A stretch of DNA of 63,237 nt, the filler included, from Dugesia japonica (lineage: Eukaryota), in NCBI GenBank assembly GCA_001938525.1. It is 6 parts of 6 records of this genome, joined end to end, with 100 filler letters (N's around TTAATTAATTAA, not from the genome) between each part and the next. Parts side by side here need not be neighbours in the genome. Positions count along the whole stretch, not along the records: positions 43,700 to 52,765 come from MQRL01630070.1; positions 52,866 to 63,237 come from MQRL01265831.1; 4 more parts are not named here. One strand, 5' to 3'. Numbering within the stretch: the first letter of the stretch is position 1; each line of letters starts with the position of its first letter. Shown in pieces: positions 49,546 through 63,092 of this stretch. The position numbers and the translations under genes are program-made. Below the pieces are notes generated by a model. The model was given only the letters and a program-made list of their open reading frames with translations. It made no database searches and was not told the origin of the DNA.

Positions 49546-50821
49546 AAACTTAATTAAATACATTATATAAAAAATGTTTTTATTTTACCTTACCTTTTGT
49601 TTTATGTGAGTANTTGACGAATTAAATTAGACATAAACTTATCAAACAACATATATACATACCGTGTTTTTTAAATAATAGGATATGGTTTTATATTACA
49701 TTTACATACTGAAAAACATAGTACTCAGATTCGGTTGATTTTAAATTTTATTTTCCAAAAACTCAGAAAATTCTATATATAAAACAAAATTTAAAAACTT
49801 TTTATTTCATATCGTTATTTTCAAAAGCATTATTATAATTTGGATGGAAATGTTTAGAAGTTCAATTGTTTCATACTCACGAAGATTAAACTGCCCAATC
49901 GTTCATGTTTAACAACGTATGCTTTGTAACGAGTTTTGGCAAGTTTCTTACCAAATTGATTATTTCTTGTAGATTAGGTTTTCAAAATTCCCTGCAAATT
50001 TCTAATCATTCATTATAATTATTAACATTATTTTATATGTAATGTTTTAATGGTTTATTAATTGCAATGCCAAGAGTTTAAAGATAAGGGTCATACCATA
50101 TCGATTGCACGATGTCAACTGGCATAATTCCAAATAATTAAACCNNNNNNNNNNNNNNNNNNNNNNNNNNNNNNNNNNNNNNNNNNNNNNNNNNNNNNNN
50201 NNNNNNNNNNNNNNNNNNNNNNNNNNNNNNNNNNNNNNNNNNTGAAAGAATTTTGATCGTATCCTTTTTGTTTTTAGAAATTTCAACTGGTAGTGTAACT
50301 TTGGTCTAATTTAGTTAAATTGCCAATATACAAGTAATGCTCATATTTTATGACATATTTTAATAAATCCGATGATTTTCTATTAAGAACAAAGTCGTTA
50401 GAAGTGTATAAATTTGCATGTCTGTCTACATAAACAATAATTATGAAGATTTTTTGAAAAAAAATTCAGATAATCCGAATTCTTTTATTTCACAATTAAA
50501 TGTAAACTTGCAATATAAATATCACTGATTTCCTAAGAAATTAGTTTTAACTCATGATCTTAAATGTAACAGTGGTAAGTTTGAATTTCATTAAAAAACT
50601 TATTAAAATTTCAATAATCATATTTCTAGTTCACATTTCACAGATCAACTTTCTTTGGAGGTTTTAGTAACATTTTTCTTGAATATTTCATTATTAATAA
50701 AAAAATTTCAATTGTTTTCGGTGTTTTATTTAAATTATATCTGGTATAATCTAATATTTTTTGTAATTTTATATTATTTTTCTAATTTAATCAATTCGCA
50801 CTTGAAAATATCATATTTCAG

Positions 50822-51869
50822 GCACAATCATGGTCAACGGACCGACTACAATTCTTGCTACAGATTTAAAACCTTCACATATTAATCCAAAAGTTCCAGA
50901 ATGTCCAATAAGTAAGTCATTTTTTAAAATCCAAATTATTAGTCTGTGGTTCTGCTGATTTTACAAGTNNNNNNNNNNNNNNNNNNNNNNNNNNNNNNNN
51001 NNNNNNNNNNNNNNNNNNNNNNNNNNNNNNNNNNNNNNNNNNNNNNNNNNNNNNNNNNNNNNNNNNNNNNNNNNNNNNNNNNNNNNNNNNNNNNNNNNNN
51101 NNNNNNNNNTATAAAAATCAAATTTGTATATATTTAATTCAGCTCATGATTTTCCATCCGGGTGGAGAGATATTCTTCTTAAATCTGGTCCCAAAGCTTT
51201 TGCACAAGCAGTCAGGAAACATCCAGGATGCTTAATAATGGATACCACGTTTAGAGATGCTCATCAATCATTATTAGCTACACGTGTTAGAACTCATGAT
51301 ATGGCACAAATTAGTCCATTTGTAGCTCAAAACTTTTCTAATTTGTTCAGTTTAGAAAATTGGGGAGGTAAATATTTTAAGAAAATTTATGTTTAGAAAT
51401 ATGTAATATGTAGGTGCCACATATGATGTTGCAATGAGATTTTTACACGAGTGTCCTTGGGAAAGACTAGAAACTCTAAGAAAATTAATTCCTAATATTC
51501 CATTTCAAATGCTTTTACGTGGAGCCAATGCCGTTGGCTACACCAATTATCCAGATAATGTTGTTTACAAGTGATATAATTTTTTGTATAATAGAAAATG
51601 TTAAAATTAATATTAAAGGTTTTGCGATTTAGCTGTTCAATCCGGAATGGATATTTTCCGCGTTTTTGATTGTCTGAACTATTTACCTAATTTACTTGTT
51701 GGTATGGATGCTGTTAATAAAGCGGGGGGTGTTGTTGAAGCATCTTTTTGTTACAGTGGAGATATTAGTGATCCAACTAAAACTAAATATACTTTGGAAT
51801 ATTATATGAAACTAGCCGATGAATTGGTTAAAGGTGGTGCTCACATTCTCGGTATTAAAGATATGGCAG
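50822..51869 (+). CDS. PC: Pyruvate carboxylase, partial (carboxyltransferase-domain exons 50822-50911, 51143-51367, 51414-51570, 51619-51869)
   Basis: [80 protein letters not shown] and [10 protein letters not shown]; 46- and 48-nt GT-AG introns. Confidence 0.97.
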
Positions 51870-52765
51870 GTTCGTTTAAAATTTTTTAAACACACACACA
51901 NNNNNNNNNNNNNNNNNNNNNNNNNNNNNNNNNNNNNNNNNNNNNNNNNNNNNNNNNNNNNNNNNNNNNNNNNNNNNNNNNNNNNNNNNNNNNNNNNATT
52001 AAGAAAAAAATAATAATTTTAAATTTGAAAATAAAATAGAAAATAATTTATATATGAAAATTAACTAATATATTATTAAGTGCGTTTGTTAATTTCTGTC
52101 GTTCTTGAGCATTTTTCAAGTTTCAATAAATTAAAAAGCTTAGATCAATAGCTCATGATAATAATTCGAATTTCCGACGAGTCTTTTTTAAAGATTTATT
52201 TTTTGATTTATTCAAGTTATTAGAAGAAATGGAAATAATTTTAGAATTTATTTTATTTCATTGAATTTTAATGAAATAACCTTTTGAGCGTGTTTAGAAA
52301 AGCGAGTTAAAATTTTNNNNNNNNNNNNNNNNNNNNNNNNNNNNNNNNNNNNNNNNNNNNNNNNNNNNNNNNNNNNNNNNNNNNNNNNNNNNNNNNNNNN
52401 NNNNNNNNNNNNNNNNNNNNNNNNNNNNNNNNNNNNNNNNNNNNNNNNNNNNNNATTTTGAAAAATGATTTTAATTATTAGAAATTATATTGTTTTTAGG
52501 TTTATTTTTTTAGTAGTTCATTTTATCGCGTGGAAATTTAGTCTATTTCTAATGTTTTTCCATGTTCTATGGTGTAGTTCTTGTGAAATTAGATAAATAG
52601 TTAGTTTTCTCCTATTATAATAAAAATTTCCATAGTTTAGTAAAATTTACCCTATTTTAGTAAGTTTCCCCCTAATTATACAAACTTTACTTTCGATTAT
52701 CTATAAATAAATAGAATTATTTATAATTGTTTAAATTAAACAGTATATATTTAAATAAATCTTTT

Positions 52766-52865
52766 NNNNNNNNNNNNNNNNNNNNNNNNNNNNNNNNNNN
52801 NNNNNNNNNTTAATTAATTAANNNNNNNNNNNNNNNNNNNNNNNNNNNNNNNNNNNNNNNNNNNN
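52766..52865. other. Artificial contig linker
   Basis: N-TTAATTAATTAA-N spacer. Confidence 0.97.
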
Positions 52866-53569
52866 ATAAGTCTATGTAAAAATCCTACAAAAACCGTGTT
52901 ATTCAAATAACCAGAATTCATACCTATCATAGATATTTCCAATAGAACGTTGGCTATTAGAAATATTTGTAGAAATATCTCCTAAAGAATGACTGAAAAC
53001 ATGTGTAAAATAATATTAATTATAAAAATACTTTTTGGATCTGTAGATAATTCCTCTTATTTTTTCATGTCTTCTTCTTTTAAAACTTCAACTTCTTCAT
53101 CATTACCAAATTTCAATTTTTTAGTCATTTCTTTTAATAACTAATTCAAAAGAAAATTAATAATGAATGCAATATATAATGTATGTATGATAAAAAACCA
53201 CAATGTAATATATTTAATTACTTGAAAATTTAATTTATAAATTTAAATTGATATTATTTGTACTTGAATTTTACATGTTTTGTATATGTGTTGTGAATTT
53301 TCTAATTTGTTTCAATCAAATTGAATAAATCTGAAGTAATGTTATCCATATAACCTTGGAAATTCAGATTTTTAAGTATAAGCATTATAATTTTCCTGTT
53401 AAGAACACATTTACACATAAAGGGGCATATTTTACAAGTCTTAAAGCAAGAAATAACTCTCGTTCAAACCAACAGTTGACTATTTTTGCTAATTTATACA
53501 AACTTATTGAAACTCACACATTTACGACGGTTGTTGGCGACTGTAATTGCATTTATTTAATATCATAGG

Positions 53570-54290
53570 GGTTCAAATCTTTCGGTTCCAATGGTTTCTT
53601 ACACCTCATTATTATATATTTTCTGTTCTAGAGAGAAAATAATTGTATACTTGTCAATTCTTTCTATATAATTATTTAATAATATATCAAAAATCCTAGA
53701 TTTTGGACCGTATTGTATAGTAATTGTATGCTTGTTACTTTTAACTTAGAATTGACAATGTTTGACTATTCAAAAACTTATTTTCTTTGTTACTTCTGGC
53801 AACAATTCACTTCTATACTTAATATTAGTTATCATAATTAATGAATTAATGGGGAACATAAGGGTTTTGACAAAATCAATTAATACTTTAAAACAAATTA
53901 TGTATATTTTATTAGAATTAATGAAATTAATGAGTTTTATGAGTTTATTAAGGATCAATGGGTTTAATAGGGATTATGTGTTTAGTAGAAGTTAATGGGT
54001 TTTATCATGTTTTATACGGTTTTTATAAGTTTATGAAAGTATGGGTTTATAAGTATATATGAAAAATGAGTGTATGGGTTTATGAGTTTTATGAGTTCAT
54101 GAGTGTATGGTTTATAAGTGTATTGGGTTTATGAGTGTATAGGATTTTTGAGTATATAGTGCTTTTAAGTGTATAAGGTTAAAAGTGTGCGGGTTCAAAT
54201 TTCGTGGTTCTACAAGAACATAATTGTATACTTGTAATTATGTTTGTATAGTTATTTAAAAATATATCAAACATCCTAAATTTTGGACAT
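53570..54290. repeat. Degenerate short tandem repeats (tttatgagtgtatggg-like) between two roughly 100-bp direct repeats
   Basis: gggttcaaat...ataattgtatacttgt...atatcaaa.atccta.attttggac occurs at about 53570-53710 and 54190-54288. Confidence 0.6.
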
Positions 54291-54399
54291 TCAAAATTAC
54301 AGTAATTAATTTAATTGTACTGCTGATCAATAATATTTAGATGCAAATTTAAATTATATAAATTTATATATAATAAATACATTTTTTCCATTAAAATAA

Positions 54400-54958
54400 G
54401 GTAATTCTCCACTTGCTTGACTAGTACTACGCAATGATACAATATCAAGATTCGTTATTTATTTTTCTAAAATGTAACGTTTAATGAGTTTATAAGTCTT
54501 CAGAAAAGTTGATTAGTTTTCCACTATAATTTTTCATATTGATTTCTATATTATTTACAGATAATGAATAATAGGTAAAAACATTGGATGCTGAACAATT
54601 ATTTGAACTACTTCATCATTCTCATGTATTTCTATCCATACTAATTTCAAAAAGGGAATCCTAAAATCCCCTACAACAATTTATCTTCAGAATTAAAAAA
54701 AGCACTTTATTCTTTGTTATTAACATCAAGTATTAGTTCCTTCTCAATTGGTTTAAATAATACATAATCAATCCTGGATTGACGGCAAATCGGCTTGAAT
54801 GAATATACAAAGGGGAAGTTCGTCATGGTTACTTCCAAACCATTATCCATATAAATCGGATTTTGAAGCTCAAAAATGTAATTACTACCAGTTTTATTTG
54901 GATGAACTAGTGGAATACTATTACATGGTAAAAGTGTATAGAAATTATTTGATTTCAT
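54400..54958 (-). pseudogene. Polinton minor capsid (penton) remnant
   Basis: NFYTLLPCNS..VHPNKTGSNYIFELQNPIYMDNGLEVTM, cf. FY.TLPSNSS...P.NT.S.F...L..PI.L...WEV.L. Confidence 0.75.
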
Positions 54959-54959
54959 C

Positions 54960-55980
54960 TGAGTTTTCTTCTTGATTGACTATTTGTGATGCTAATATCC
55001 AACTTGGGTTTTCATATCCATGCCATTTTGCATAGTATTTTCATAATGCCTTTGATTTGATAAATTTTTCTATTCGATATATCTCTGGTGGCGGAATGAC
55101 TTTTAATTCTGGTTCACAGAATTTTCCTTGTACGATATTGTCTTTATAATCTTTATTAACGTACCTGACCGGATTTGGTTTGATGTTATTTTTTGTTATT
55201 TGAAACACTTTATCCAATTAGTATTGAAATTCTTAATAAATAGTAAAACTGACATTATAGAGATTCTCGTATGATCATTAACTTTATATTTTGGTTTTTT
55301 ATTTTCTTTTGAATTTTTACGTGATAACCATACCTTTAATTGATTGTTTGGACTTACATCAACCAGCTATGTTCCATTTAATCCCTTATGACCCGAATGA
55401 TTGTACCTATGAATATGTTTCGGTAAATAATTTATCCACGGTTTATTACCAAAATCTACAAAGTACTTTTTTTTAAAGCATCTCTCAATATACGATTAAA
55501 TCCCTCTACATATGCAGCTTTATACTGTGAGAATAAACTATAATGATTTATTTTTAGATGATTAATAAGTTTGGAATTGTAAAATTCATTACCCAAATCC
55601 ATTTGTAAATTATTTTGGTGTCCTTTTTAAACATTGACTTGATTGCAGGTTCAATATCATTAGCAGATTTTTATTTAACTGGAACAGTTCTTGCAAATCT
55701 ACTAAATACATTTATACATGTCAAGATATACTTGTAACATTTATTAATTTTTGAAAATGGAATCACATCCATTAGATAAAATTTGACATAAATCATCATT
55801 ACCGAAGGTTTTATACGGTATTTTTGGAAATCATTTCAACATTGGCTTGTTCAAACTGTACGCTAGTTAACCCAATAACCATTTTCTAGTCTGTCTTTTC
55901 GATTTTTGAGCTGCTTTCATCAATTTTGCTATTCCTCAAGAACCTGCTGGGTTTTTTGGATCCGTCTTTAATTGCCCGAT
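54960..55980 (-). pseudogene. Polinton retroviral-type integrase (degenerate)
   Basis: DPKNPAGS, YKYILTCINVFSRFA, LQMDLGNEFYN, KAAYVEGFNR, VQGKFCEPELK, AKWHGYENPSW. Confidence 0.85.
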
Positions 55981-56099
55981 TACAACAATTCGATGCAAAT
56001 TTTATGTCAAAATTAGAAAATGATTGTAACCCATCAATTCTTTATTTGAGTTAAGTCTAATGCAATTGTTAGTAATACTACCATAAAGTCAACCATTGT

Positions 56100-56400
56100 T
56101 TATTTAAAATGAGTTAAACCTAATCCAGCTGATGTAATTGGTAGTAATGCTGCTAAAAACGACATATGTTTCATCTATTTCCTGTTTTATGTATTTAAAA
56201 GCGTTAATAATGTTCTTTTTATGTTTTTTTAATGTTTTCTATTTGGCTTCACTTAAATCGAACAATATTTATGATAATCCCAAGTAAATCATCTATAACA
56301 TATGGTGGGAATGATTGCACAATTCTCATTCTTGAATATTTCGATGATTTAATAAATGAAGTAAAAACAGAATACTTCTTTGTAATTTCATTTTTATTTA
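56100..56400 (-). pseudogene. Polinton small basic ORF with hydrophobic C-terminus
   Basis: LLGIIINIVRFK...KRTLL...FLAALLPITSAGLG, in the usual position between ATPase and integrase. Confidence 0.5.
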
Positions 56401-56681
56401 TTAAAAAAATAAATATCATTTATTTGTTTATAATGATATATATTTTCCCTTCATAATTCTCAGTTTATTTCCACTCATTTTTGCAAGATTTTAATCATAT
56501 TCAATTACTTACTTTTATTTACTCGTTGCTTCTTATTTAAATGTTGTTTCCTTTTTGATTGTTTCCTATTTTGTTCATAATTTTCTTTCACAATACATAT
56601 TTTTTCAAGTTTAANAACACCATCAGTTACTTGATCAACTACAAATCTCTTTAATTTTGTCATTTTTGTAATATTAGGAAA

Positions 56682-57270
56682 TTAAATATTTTGTTTATAT
56701 ACTGTGATACCATTTGGACTGAATATATTTGTTCTCACTCTATTGTCATGTGGGCATTGTTGTGTAAAGTCAAGAAATAAATATCCATTGAGAATTTCTG
56801 TTGCATCTTGAAATGATTCAATATAAAATTGTCTGATATTTGGATATGCTTGTCTTGCTAGAAAATCAACAACAGACTTATCTCTAGAATTTTTAAAAAG
56901 AACCAATTATTGCATATTTAAATTGCGAGTTCTATGACTATTTCCTTGATGAAATATATTTTGATTAAAAAATATCACAGTCACAATACAATGCCTTGAT
57001 GCCTTTGTGAATAAATTAATGAAATCTTTATCTTTATTTGCATCCTAAAAATAGATCGCCAACAACCATAACATCACCAGGTTTCAATCTTTTTCTCCAA
57101 ATTTATCAAAACTATTTATAATTTTCATTTCAATATTACAAAATTCAGATTAAGTCAGACAATACTTTTCATCTGAGCCCCTATGACATTATAAATGTTT
57201 TTTAATTTGAACGTTAATAAATTTGATTTTAATAATTTACATACGAACAAAGTTTTCTCGCTTGTTTTCT
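56682..57270 (-). pseudogene. Polinton FtsK/A32-like packaging ATPase (degenerate)
   Basis: LFTKASRH...NQNIFHQGKSHRTRNLN..LVLFKNSRDKS...LARQAYP...DAT...GYLFLDF......RVRTNIF. Confidence 0.9.
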
Positions 57271-57359
57271 TGTTATAAAAATATTAAGAATTCAGTACAT
57301 TGTTTATATTTGTTTTATCGGTCCAATTAAATTAATTCCAACAAAACTCCAATGCTTCA

Positions 57360-59483
57360 TATTAAATCATTAATTATGATAACTAATATTAATTACAAAG
57401 GTGAAGTGTCGCAAGAAGTAACAAAGAAAATGAGCTTATCAATAGTCAAACATTGTCAATTTTAAGTTAAAAGTGGCAAATATACAATTACTAAACAATT
57501 AGAATGTGCAAAATCTAAGATTGTTATTAATTATACAGAAAAACGTGACAAGTATACAATTGTTTTCTCTCTAGAACAAGAAAATATATAATAATGAGGT
57601 GTAAGAAACCAATGGAACCACAAGATTTTCTGAAAAAGTTGTTTGTCTATTCTAGCATTAAATTATATTTTTTTAAAAGAAAAGAAAGCATGCAAAAATC
57701 TATTTAAAACCCCAAATTATGAGCAATTTCACGTAAAATGTCCAATTTCTTTTACGATTTCCAACGTTTTGTACAACAGTGAGGATTCGAGCCTTTAGAT
57801 CTAAGTTTTTCTTACAGGTTAAGGTGCATGGACAGCAGGAGCTTGTGTCAAGTAGACTTGCTACAGAGCTTGTTCACGTTTGATGCAGTCGAGGAAACTC
57901 CAAAAATTAGGATGATTACAACCAAAATTTGACTGGAAACGTCTATGCCATTCTTCAACTGAGTTGTTTGTTCTTGGAAGTTCATCTTGTGATCGTTGGT
58001 ATATGTTCCAAAGATCATTTTCAAAAGATAGGTGAACGCCGTCTTCATCGCTGTGGTCTGCCGATGTAAGTGCCTTCAAAATAAACTACGACAAGTTGTG
58101 CTTCAGCCTGGTAGTTCATCAGACAACTCTTCAAAGGCAGCCACTACATCTGGTAAAGGGACAAACGCTAGGGCTGGAATTATCTTCATTTTTAATGAAA
58201 AATCGCCATCTTCTTCATATCAGTGTTGTAGACTGTGTTCCTGGATCTTTCTATAGGCATTTTGGCTGAAGTGGAAGAAGCATCCTTTGACTACAGTGTT
58301 TGGTAAAACTTGTTGTATACTTGAGATTATGGCCTGCTCAAAAACAACCATTATTTAAACTGGATTTAAGCTGCCATTAATTGCCATCAACTATTGAATT
58401 AATTCTCTGTATGTAACTACCGCTTTGTTTGGTAGAAGAGCAAACACACATAGAATTGTGTGCTCCTGACGAGCGCATGTATTGTATACAGTTAGAAGAA
58501 AATTTAAGGTGCTCTTTTGAACGTCCCGTCAAGGAACCAATGTGGAAAACGTTGTAAAGAATCCATATTTTTTTGTGTTCCAAAGATTAACATTCTGGTG
58601 GCTGTTGGACCGGCATCAAACAAAAGGAAATCCTTACAGTCGTTTGTTATTTTGTATTCATCTGGTAAGATAAAATCTTCAGCAGATAATGCAACTGAAA
58701 TTGGATTATTTGCTGATTGCCTGTTGCGTCATAGATCACGTCATATATGGTGAAGAGTTGGCAAATTTGACGTAGCATTTCTTGTTACTGTTGAAACAGA
58801 TTGAGTGAGGATTTGTTGAGGTGTTTCTTCATTTTCATCGGCACGTGTCTTCGTTTCTTGCATTGCTGTGAAAACTTCTCTTCTTGTTGGATCGGTTTAT
58901 GTGTATGCTCATGAAATTGATCTATAGTTTGGTTACCAAGAGCGTTCACTTTAGCTTTGTATGTCGCCGAATATCGAAATTTCTCACACTCACATGAAAC
59001 AAATCCCTTTGCCAGATTTTTTTGTTTAACATAAAGTAACCCCTCAAGCAGAAGTTTTCTTTTCCTTTCTCGGACATAACATATTTCATGATTTTTATTA
59101 CTATATATTTAATTTTTTATATTTAATGATACTTACAAGTAAACTATTTAAATAAAATAAATTTAAAACAAATAGATTTTTGGAAGTTTTATTTTAATTT
59201 AAAATATTTAAAATATTTTACTTTCCTCAAAATTTTCATTATTTTGTCCGGGTGATATTGTCCCAGACTCATTTGCTTATTAACATTTGCTTATAAAATA
59301 TTTTTTCGGATTTAATATCATAAATAATTATTTGAAATAATTATAATTTGCAATTGAAAAGAATAATATAATTAAATAATTTTCCGGAGGATATTGTTTT
59401 GTGAGAATATTTTCCAGCGGAATAATGTCCGTGGGTATATTGTCCGGAGGAAAATTTTCCAGGGGAATATTGTCCTAGAACCG
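57360..59483 (-). mobile_element. FLYWCH-MULE (Mutator/Phantom-like) element
   Basis: MKYVMSEKGKRKLLLEG..HEHTH; WFLDGTFK; LYTIH; VKGCFFHFSQ; PRTNNSVEEWHRRF..HPNFW. Terminus ggttctaggacaatattccc with subterminal ggacaata repeats at 59245-59483. Confidence 0.9.
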
Positions 59484-60225
59484 TCTTTGTGTCTGAATTT
59501 CATTTGAGCAATGCTGATCCTCTTTGAAAACAATTGGCCGACATCTTGTACTTGGATTGTTTTGAGTATTCAATCATCTTTCTTCAGCATCTCTGTATAA
59601 CTGTTTTTTACCACATTAACAGAATATGTTGGTATTAATTTATACAAAATGTTGACTAATTCTCGTCTTTGTATATTAGTAAGTTCTGGTTGACGAACAA
59701 AAGATTCTTTCAATTTTACGCTCCTTACACAATTATTTACAAATATTGCAATTTGATCTAGAGTTTTTTGATTCGCAAAAACTTCGTTTACTATTTTTCT
59801 GAATCTTAACTCGAAATTACAATATTTTTCAGTTGAGATTTGTTTTATCTTCTGCAAAAGTGCTATTTTATACACCAGTGTCTCTGAAATCACAAATGAC
59901 TCAAGAAACCATTTTTCGCAGACCTCGTTCGTCAAAATGACATCTTCTTTACATTTCCCCACCCATAATATTTTCGCATCTCGTCTTCTTAACATATCAA
60001 ACGAGAATGATAGCTCCGTTTGATTAAACGAAGCAAATTATTTTGTTGTCTGAATACATTCATCAGCTGCTTCAAATGAAACCTAAAAAAACTTGGTTTT
60101 GGGATAAGCAATTGTTCTGTTATAGATAACAGCTTTGCAAAAATCTTCCGGCAATCATCTGTTTCTATCTTCGTCATTACGCTTATTTTGGCGTGGTCGT
60201 TAGTTAAAAGATTTATATATTCCAT
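59484..60225 (-). mobile_element. Gypsy gag remnant, interrupted by the MULE
   Basis: MEYINLLTNDHAK..LIPKPSFF..DAKILW..CEKWFLESF..KLKESF. Confidence 0.75.
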
Positions 60226-60589
60226 AATTATTTATTAAAACAAAAACTATTTATTAATACTGAATTATTTAAACAAATAATTAATAAATTATTTAAAACT
60301 TTATATCATTTTATAAATTATATATAACTGAAATAATTATAAAAAATGGCAACGCAAAATATATTCTGGAATGCAAAAATAAGCAAGAAGAAGTTAATCA
60401 AGAAGATGTATCAAATGTTATTGATGAAGAAGAATCAACAGATATTGATGAAGGAAAATCATCAGTTATTGATGATGAAGAAGAAGTTTAAAACATTTTT
60501 TTAAATACAAATTTAATAAAAATGACTTAAAATTTACTTGTAAAAATATTTACTTATAAGTTTTACTGTAATAATTTTAGACTATATAT

Positions 60590-61150
60590 AGGTTTATGTG
60601 TTTACTGAATAACACGGTTTTTATAGGATTTTTAAATAGACTTATAAGGGCTTTATATATTAATTTAAATTATATAGGGTTTTACATGGTCTTATTAGAT
60701 ATTATTCGTCTTCTATAAAGGGCTTAATCTTCTATATAAGTTTTTTATTAGATAACATACGGTTTCTATGGAGATTTATATATATATTTACATGTTTTTA
60801 TATGAGATTTATATGTGATTTGTATGGCTTCCTTATGGTTTCTATGGAGGTTTATTTATTCTTATAGGATATTATACGTCTTATATAGGGTTTTTATTTA
60901 ATACTTTTAGACATAGTTTTAATAAAGAGTTTCATTTAGCGTCTATTAGATATATAGATTTTCTATGAATGTTTATTTATTTATTTTATATATAGTCTTA
61001 TAAGGATTTTAAGAGATTATCTGGGTTTCATACGGTTCTATGGAGATTTATTTATTCTTAAAAGTTTTCTATATAGTCATAACGTCATATTATTTATACA
61101 GCAATTTTAAGTTATATATGGTTTTACATAGAACTTTATGGGTTTATTTA
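60590..61150. repeat. Degenerate tandem repeats (cggtttctatggagatttat-like)
   Basis: Several imperfect copies; 60600-60645 is an inverted match to 52866-52910. Confidence 0.6.
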
Positions 61151-61709
61151 ATTCATTGAAACCTGTCAAACTTTACATATGATAAACTAATGTACATAAT
61201 AAATCAATACATAGACTCCTTTCTTTGAATAATCTTTTTAATAGACATATTTAATAATACAAATATACAATATTTTAAAAATTTTATAGTAGAAAATTAA
61301 ATATAAACATATTTCATTCAAGTTCATTAAAAAATAATCAATTATTAGATTTTCTTTACTAGATTTTTAATCTTTCAAATTAAATTTTAGACTACCTTGA
61401 GATTATTTCAGACTACCCGAACATTCAAAATATCAAAGATTGCTCGAACATTCAACCATTAAGACTACCGAACAAAAAATATTAAATCGTCTCAAACCTA
61501 TAAATACTCTCACCCCTCTTTCACCATGATGTTAAAAAGTCACACATGCACAAGACAAACGAATACCATACCTTTTCCTTTTCTCTAACCTTCCCTCTTT
61601 CTTAAAAAAAATAAAGCACACCTCAGCAAAATCTTTTTCATCAATAAATAAAAGCTTCGACAAAAATTGGTTTTTATGGTTTTTGATAACATTTCTATAT
61701 TTTGACTTT

Positions 61710-62888
61710 CAGTAGCGTAGCCAGGAATATATAAAGGAGGGGTTTTAAATTTTTTTCAAAATTTTTGTTTATGTTTACTAACATAAAACAACAAAGACGC
61801 CAAGTATTAAATAATGATGTCATTAGCTGACTCTTTACGGTATGGGGACAACGTATGGGACATCAGAAAAAAANNNNNNNNNNNNNNNNNNNNNNNNNNN
61901 NNNNNNNNNNNNNNNNNNNNNNNNNNNNNNNNNNNNNNNNNNNNNNNNNNNNNNNNNNNNNNNNNNNNNNNNNNNNNNNNNNNNNNNNNNNNNNNNNNNN
62001 NNNNNNNNNNNNNNNNNNNNNNNNNNNNNNNNNNNNNNNNNNNNNNNNNNNNNNNNNNNNNNNNNNNNNNNNNNNNNNNNCCAAATGGAGTGCATGATTA
62101 TGGCAAAGCTAATTTAAAACATCTAATATTTTTCCGTTTTTTTCATTACAGCAGCTGCCTCGTTAGTTGATGCAATAGCATCACTTTTCAAAGAAATGCC
62201 AAAGTTTTCTAGCTTAGCTTCAAATCAATATTTAATAGTTTCTTCATTTCTTGTTTAACTATTTCTGTTAAACCGAGTACATAGCATTCAACTTTATTTG
62301 ATTCAATTCGTACTATAGAAACTGTTACGTTTACATAACTTAAGATAGTGCAATATGTCCATTCATCCACAGTAATAGCAAATTTACGATTTGCTTTTTT
62401 ATATTTTTCAAATTTATTTNGCAGTTCAATACATTTTTCTTTATAAAACCTGATGATGCGTTTTGAAATAGTTGTTGGACTTTTTGGCATTTTATAACCT
62501 TTTTGTTGCTCATACCACCAACTGCTGCGACTTTTGACATTATTTCATTTAAAGACTGTCTGTTTACAAAGTTCAAAATAGTACTTATTTCAATTTTTGC
62601 TTTTTAAGCGGAATATTATTTTATTCATAATTTTCCCTTGATATAGATTTAGATATAAATATGTTGTGCAGTAACATCAAATGATTAATCACAGGAGGTA
62701 CCACATGTGGCTTCACCAATTTTATTTTTTCTAAATATTCGAATATCAGATAGTCAATTAACACACAAATATATTAGAATATCAAGTATTCGAATATTCA
62801 GTTTGGAATCTCTAAGTCGCATCAAAAAATGAATTTTTTCATATGCCAATGGTGGGGGGGTGTTTTAACCCCCTTGCCTACGCCACTG
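61710..62888 (-). mobile_element. Deleted hAT element with TIRs and degenerate 8-bp TSD
   Basis: TIRs cagtagcgtagcca / tgcctacgccactg; flanks ttgacttt / tcaacttt; transposase motifs FAITVDEWT..YVNV, STNEAAAVMKK, LCHNHALHL. Confidence 0.85.
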
Positions 62889-63092
62889 TCAACTTTGTCT
62901 TCGTCAGGAATTGACTTTTTTGATCGAATTAAAAAAAGTCGATTCCTGACAAAGACAAAGTCAAAATATAAAATTGTTATCAAAAACCAAAAAAAAGCAA
63001 ATTTTGATCAAAGCTTTTATTTTAAATGAATTCTGAAAAACAATCAATAGTTACGTCCAACAATTATACTCGCAATAATTGCCATCGTAAAT
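62889..63092. repeat. Palindromic Penelope-like repeat (left arm continues at 61640-61709 beyond the hAT insertion)
   Basis: tttgtcttcgtcaggaattgactttttt..aaaaaagtcgattcctgacaaagacaaagtcaaaatat...ccaacaattatactcgcaataattg. Confidence 0.8.

Noticed and set aside
61814-62170. ORFs running through N gaps (also 16923, 20240, 43791, 50047, 50939)
   Set aside because: Their length comes from X codons in assembly gaps.
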